From NCBI GenBank assembly GCA_963664225.1, contig OY760937.1:5248001-5312000 (forward strand): a stretch of DNA of 64,000 nt. The letters run 5' to 3'. This document shows, piece after piece, positions 62,143 through 64,000 of this stretch. The position numbers were made by a program, and so were the translations under genes. How positions within the stretch are numbered: position 1 is the stretch's first letter; every line of letters begins with the position of its first letter. A model generated the notes under the pieces. It had not been told where the DNA came from. It made no database searches and saw nothing but the letters and a program-made list of their open reading frames with translations. Origin of the DNA: Verrucomicrobiia bacterium. GTDB taxonomy: Bacteria > Verrucomicrobiota > Verrucomicrobiia > Limisphaerales > UBA1319.

Positions 62143-64000
62143 ATGAAAAGAGTTTGCTTCCTCCTCGTCCTTTTTGCCGCGCTTGCGGCTGGGGCTCAGA
62201 CTGCTGCCCCCACCCAGACCGTTGTCGCCAATATTGACGCTTCGAAAACCGGCCCGCCGATCTCTCCTTACCTTTATGGGCAATTCTTCGAACACGCCGG
62301 CAACCTCATTTATAGCACGCTCTGGTGTGAAATGCTCGATGACCGAAAATTTTACCATCCGGTGATTCCCCAACCTGCGGTGGATCCCAACGCCGACCAG
62401 AGCCCCGGTTTTGGGCCGGGACGACGCAACCGCAGTCTGGCGGGAAGATGGAACCCAGTCGGCCCTGCGGATTCGGTTGTCATGGATACCGCAACTCCCT
62501 TTGTTGGCGAACAAACCCCGCTGATCAAACTCGCAGGCTCCGAGCCGCGCGGCATTCGTCAAACCCGCCTCAATTTTATCAAGGACGCAACATATAACGG
62601 CCGCATTCAACTGGCCGGTGATCCCACCGCAAAGGTTTCCGTCAGCATTGTTCTTGGAACAAACGCCGATTCCCCGCGCCAGACGGTTGAACTCGGCCCA
62701 TTGAGCAAAGATTACCAGAAGTTCACATTTTCTTTTAAGGCCGCCGACTCCGGCCAAGGCGCATTTGAAGCCACGGCAACCGGCACAGGATCATTCCACG
62801 TCGGCGCGGTTTCCCTCATGCCTTCTGACAACGTGGAAGGTTTTCGTCCCGACGCTGTCGCCGCCTTGAAAAGCGTTCGCTTCGGAGTTTGCCGCTTCCC
62901 CGGTGGCAACTTTGTTTCCGCCCATGAATGGCGTTACGCCATCGGCGACCCCGACAAGCGCCCACCCACTTATGACCCTGTTTGGAGGGCGGTTCAGCCG
63001 AATGATATTGGCACGGACGAATTCCTGACCCTGTGCCGACTTCTTGAGGTTGATCCCTATATCACTGTCAGTGCTGGCTTCGCCGATGTTTTTTCGGCCG
63101 CCCAATATGTCGAATACGCCAACGGCGCCACTACCACCCCGATGGGCAAACAGCGCGCCGAAAACGGCCATCCCGAACCCTACAACGTCAAGTTCTGGGG
63201 CATCGGCAATGAAATGTGGGGGCTCAGCTACCAATATGGCGCCATGAAACTCAATCAGTTCGAGTTCAAGCACAACCAGTTTGCCAGGGCCATGAAGAAG
63301 GTGGACCCAACCATCAAAATCATCGCCTGCGGCGCCATGCCCGACACCATGACCGGTTCCAGGGAATCGCTAAGCCTGGGCACCAACCTGGTTCCGCCCT
63401 ACCTCTCACCCGGTGACTGGACCGGCGGCCTGCTGTCCAATTGCTTCGATAACATCGATATCCTCAGCGACCACTATTACAACTACGGCGGCACTCACTT
63501 CAGTCTGGCTGAGGGCAAACAAGTCCCAAATGATCCAAAGGAACCTGTCACCGACTGGATGCGTCGCCCGGCCAACCACATCCGCATCAAGTACGAGGAA
63601 TACAAAGAATACGAAAAATTGTTTCCCAAGCTCGTCACCAATCCAAAGCCCCTGAACATCGACGAATGGGCCTACGCGGGTAACCGCGGCGGCGGCTCCC
63701 AATCGTATCCCGTTTATCCGGCCTACGGCATCGTCTTCCACGAGATGTTCCGCCACTCTGACATTTTCCAGATGGCGGGCTACACGTTTGGCACTTCGCT
63801 GGTCAGCCGCAACGGAAACGTCACCGCGTTAAACACCACCGGTCAGACCTTCAAATTCTATCGCGATCATTTTGGCTTCATCCCTGTCGAGGTCACCGGC
63901 AACTCACCCCAACCCAGGCCAACGGACCCGCCCGGCGGCGAGCAACCTGTTGTTAATGCGGGCAGCGACACATTCCCTCTCGATGTTGCCGCTTCCTGGA
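62143..64000 (+). CDS. GH51 alpha-L-arabinofuranosidase, secreted, runs off the window end (absent from the ORF track)
   Basis: Read from the DNA: MKRVCFLLVLFAALAAGA, ISPYLYGQFFEH, RFPGGNF, WGIGNEMWG (acid/base), DEW (nucleophile). Confidence 0.92.
   Translation, partial: MKRVCFLLVLFAALAAGAQTAAPTQTVVANIDASKTGPPISPYLYGQFFEHAGNLIYSTLWCEMLDDRKFYHPVIPQPAVDPNADQSPGFGPGRRNRSLAGRWNPVGPADSVVMDTATPFVGEQTPLIKLAGSEPRGIRQTRLNFIKDATYNGRIQLAGDPTAKVSVSIVLGTNADSPRQTVELGPLSKDYQKFTFSFKAADSGQGAFEATATGTGSFHVGAVSLMPSDNVEGFRPDAVAALKSVRFGVCRFPGGNFVSAHEWRYAIGDPDKRPPTYDPVWRAVQPNDIGTDEFLTLCRLLEVDPYITVSAGFADVFSAAQYVEYANGATTTPMGKQRAENGHPEPYNVKFWGIGNEMWGLSYQYGAMKLNQFEFKHNQFARAMKKVDPTIKIIACGAMPDTMTGSRESLSLGTNLVPPYLSPGDWTGGLLSNCFDNIDILSDHYYNYGGTHFSLAEGKQVPNDPKEPVTDWMRRPANHIRIKYEEYKEYEKLFPKLVTNPKPLNIDEWAYAGNRGGGSQSYPVYPAYGIVFHEMFRHSDIFQMAGYTFGTSLVSRNGNVTALNTTGQTFKFYRDHFGFIPVEVTGNSPQPRPTDPPGGEQPVVNAGSDTFPLDVAASW

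Overview
GC-rich bacterial DNA, most likely from a Verrucomicrobiota (Pedosphaera/Limisphaera-like) genome. That assignment is inferred from protein families and C-terminal motifs, not from a marker gene. The window is almost entirely accessory and mosaic. From left to right: (1) the 3' part of a giant secreted Ig-like/Ca-binding/beta-helix protein with 3.5 near-identical 678-bp repeats, ending at an IS5 relic; (2) a ~10 kb block bracketed by a 37-bp direct repeat, carrying an ECF sigma factor / multidomain Ser/Thr kinase operon, a MarR-like gene and an AAA ATPase; (3) a signalling cluster (CHASE3 hybrid kinase, REC-kinase, AlgB-like sigma-54 activator, NarL-type regulator) next to general-stress genes (CsbD, entericidin, CBM48, PRC-barrel/BON, DUF892, AI-2E, lmo0937-like); (4) IS200 and a truncated DDE transposase; (5) two tRNA-Gly 3'-end att-like junctions 17.8 kb apart, enclosing an AlgI/AlgJ/X-type acylation cluster with no polysaccharide synthase, plus many gene fragments; (6) an arabinoxylan-type utilisation locus (CE1, GH3, GPH symporter, malectin, GH51). 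The best candidate for an undescribed system is readable directly in the intergenic DNA. Four sigma-54 (-24/-12) promoters each have a pair of palindromic YGCA-N3-TGCR sites upstream, which outlines a sigma-54/bEBP-driven general stress regulon with a second regulatory tier. No CRISPR array, rRNA, full tRNA, integrase or reverse transcriptase was seen. All family calls come from motif recognition by eye; no database search was run.
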